This document shows, piece after piece, positions 63,101 through 64,000 of a stretch of DNA of 64,000 nt (positions within the stretch are counted from its first letter, which is position 1; the number at the start of each line of letters is the position of its first letter). The position numbers were made by a program, and so were the translations under genes. Source of the stretch: Lama guanicoe (Eukaryota); the NCBI GenBank assembly GCA_013239625.1, contig MU054187.1, positions 2,737,757-2,801,756 of the forward strand. The letters run 5' to 3'. A model generated the notes under the pieces. It was not told the DNA's origin, searched no databases, and was given only the letters and a program-made list of their open reading frames with translations.

Positions 63101-64000
63101 TCAAGCTGTTGGTTCACTCCCTGCGTCCTGTTCTCCTCCAGTCCAGGTACTCACCCCTTCAGCCCACCCTTTCAAATTAGGCCCAGTAGGGTATGGATAT
63201 TAGGAAGGGTTTAGAATCGTAAGTACCCATCTTCTGTCTCCTACGCGGTGCCGAGCAGGCTGGGCGGGGGGTGCCCTGTAAACCCCTGACGTCTCTGTCT
63301 CACTCTTCTCTTGGCTTCTGCTTTACAAAGATTATGGCACAAGGTTTTGTGCCTTCTTTATTTAATTTCTGTTGGGTTTTTTTGGTCAGTTCTTTTTATA
63401 AAATTAACTTAAAAATTTTTTTTATTTTGTTAACTTTTCTGTGACCTGGACTCACTTTACCAAGATTTTACATTAAGACTGTTCTGATTTTTCTTCCCTC
63501 TTGGTCTGTTGGCTTTACCGCCTCGTGGAGAACAGGCGAGTGGAGGACAAAGACATCATTTTGTGCCTTCCGTGTACTCCTTCCACGACCTGGGACACCA
63601 AGTAGTGACTCAGTGACTTGTTGGCTATTGATTGATTGAAGTTATGAAGTAAAAGATGAGTCTTGCTTCATGATCTTTAGACTCTTCTCCAGTTTTTACA
63701 ACACTCCCTTCCTAGGTTAAGTTTTAATGACCTAAAGAAGTGCCAAAACCTACGGTAAACAGATGTCATATTTCATTATTCTCGTCTTTATTTCTATTCC
63801 TATACTTCTCATCCTTTTCCATGTTAGTTGTTGGAAAATGCAATTTCTTTCCCTATTGATTTGGTCCTTGTACATTTAGCAAGTATTGATTCTCCCCTGC
63901 ACTCTTTGCTGCATTTCTAAGAAAGCGAAAGCTGAAGAGCTTTATTTCACTTTATTCAAACAAACATGCTAGTCTACAGAAAGCAGCTGGGGCTTTCCCA

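Overview
Mammalian genomic DNA, most likely a camelid: three tRNA-Ala-derived SINEs resemble Vic-1. The window holds the RP1 (retinitis pigmentosa 1, axonemal microtubule-associated protein) gene on the + strand. It comprises a photoreceptor-type promoter and non-coding exon 1 (~39493-39623), exon 2 with the doublecortin domains (43641-44481), exon 3 (45188-45359) and the giant exon 4 (CDS 47301-52921). The rest is intergenic or intronic, with L1, L2, MIR, MaLR/ERV LTRs, a deleted Tigger1 and several CpG islands. Main findings: (1) a near-perfect 217-bp tandem duplication inside exon 2 frameshifts RP1. It is either an assembly artefact or a null allele, and two in-frame cryptic splice routes could rescue it by creating a new intron. 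(2) A candidate distal first exon with RFX/FOX motifs lies ~26 kb upstream and is in frame with exon 2, with ACG where an ATG would be expected. (3) An apparent 1-nt frameshift leaves the ancestral C-terminal tail in the 3'UTR. (4) Two co-oriented CTCF sites bracket the locus. No prokaryotic-type system is present. Repeat family names, repeat boundaries and all human/mouse comparisons are by eye and from memory, not from database searches.
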